Below are positions 37,017 through 37,074 of a stretch of 37,074 bases of DNA, one piece after another. Position 1 is the first letter of the stretch. The number at the start of each line of letters is the position of its first letter. The translations under genes were made by a program, and so were the position numbers. Source of the stretch: Enterobacteria phage SfV; sequence record NC_003444. The stretch is one strand, 5' to 3'. The notes under the pieces are model-generated. The model did no database searches. It was not told where the DNA came from and saw nothing but the letters and a program-made list of their open reading frames with translations.

Positions 37017-37074
37017 TAATAACTCTCAACTGTCTGAGGGGAGGGGCGGGTCAAATCTCTGTGACCTGACGTCT

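Noticed and set aside
1-37074. CRISPR array or tandem-repeat defence locus
   Set aside because: No regularly spaced direct repeats with unique spacers were seen; the only clustered repeats are the iteron-like repeats inside the replication gene.

Overview
The window reads as one complete temperate phage genome (37,074 nt) written in virion (cos-to-cos) order, not as an integrated prophage: packaging genes sit at the left end, an HNH endonuclease at the right end, and the attachment site is internal. It is a mosaic: HK97-type packaging/head genes and a Mu-type contractile tail (68-17733, + strand); a gtrA-gtrB-gtrC O-antigen glucosylation (serotype-conversion) cassette (17858-20390, - strand); an attP core identical to the 3' half of a tRNA-Thr(CGU) gene (20592-20637); tyrosine integrase and excisionase plus an early-left cassette of YfdP/Q/R/S/T-like genes (- strand); a CI/Cro/CII immunity switch with GGTAC-type operators; an O-like replication initiator with internal iterons; a nin-like block (Dam-like methyltransferase, LexA DNA-binding-domain-only protein, RusA, KilA-N protein, Cys-rich DUF968-like protein, Q antiterminator with pR' and tR'); then a small HTH gene plus an orphan beta-class DNA methyltransferase, a lambda-type S/R/Rz/Rz1 lysis cassette and the HNH endonuclease. 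Gene order, the thrW-type att site, the 417-aa GtrC and the unit length match my recollection of Shigella flexneri serotype-converting phage SfV; I cannot verify this without a database search. No CRISPR array, rRNA or intact tRNA gene was found. The items I consider most worth a second look are: (1) a ~435-nt ORF-poor, GC-rich, heavily hairpinned segment (24617-25053) between the YfdP-like gene and the immunity region; (2) a convergent, 3'-overlapping pair of small unknown ORFs immediately downstream of pL, where an N-like antiterminator would be expected; (3) a LexA N-terminal-domain-only protein lacking the S24 autocleavage domain; (4) two orphan DNA methyltransferases, one in the Q-to-lysis moron slot; (5) a -1 programmed frameshift site in the tail chaperone gene. 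All functional calls are from sequence reading and remembered family features; none was confirmed by search.
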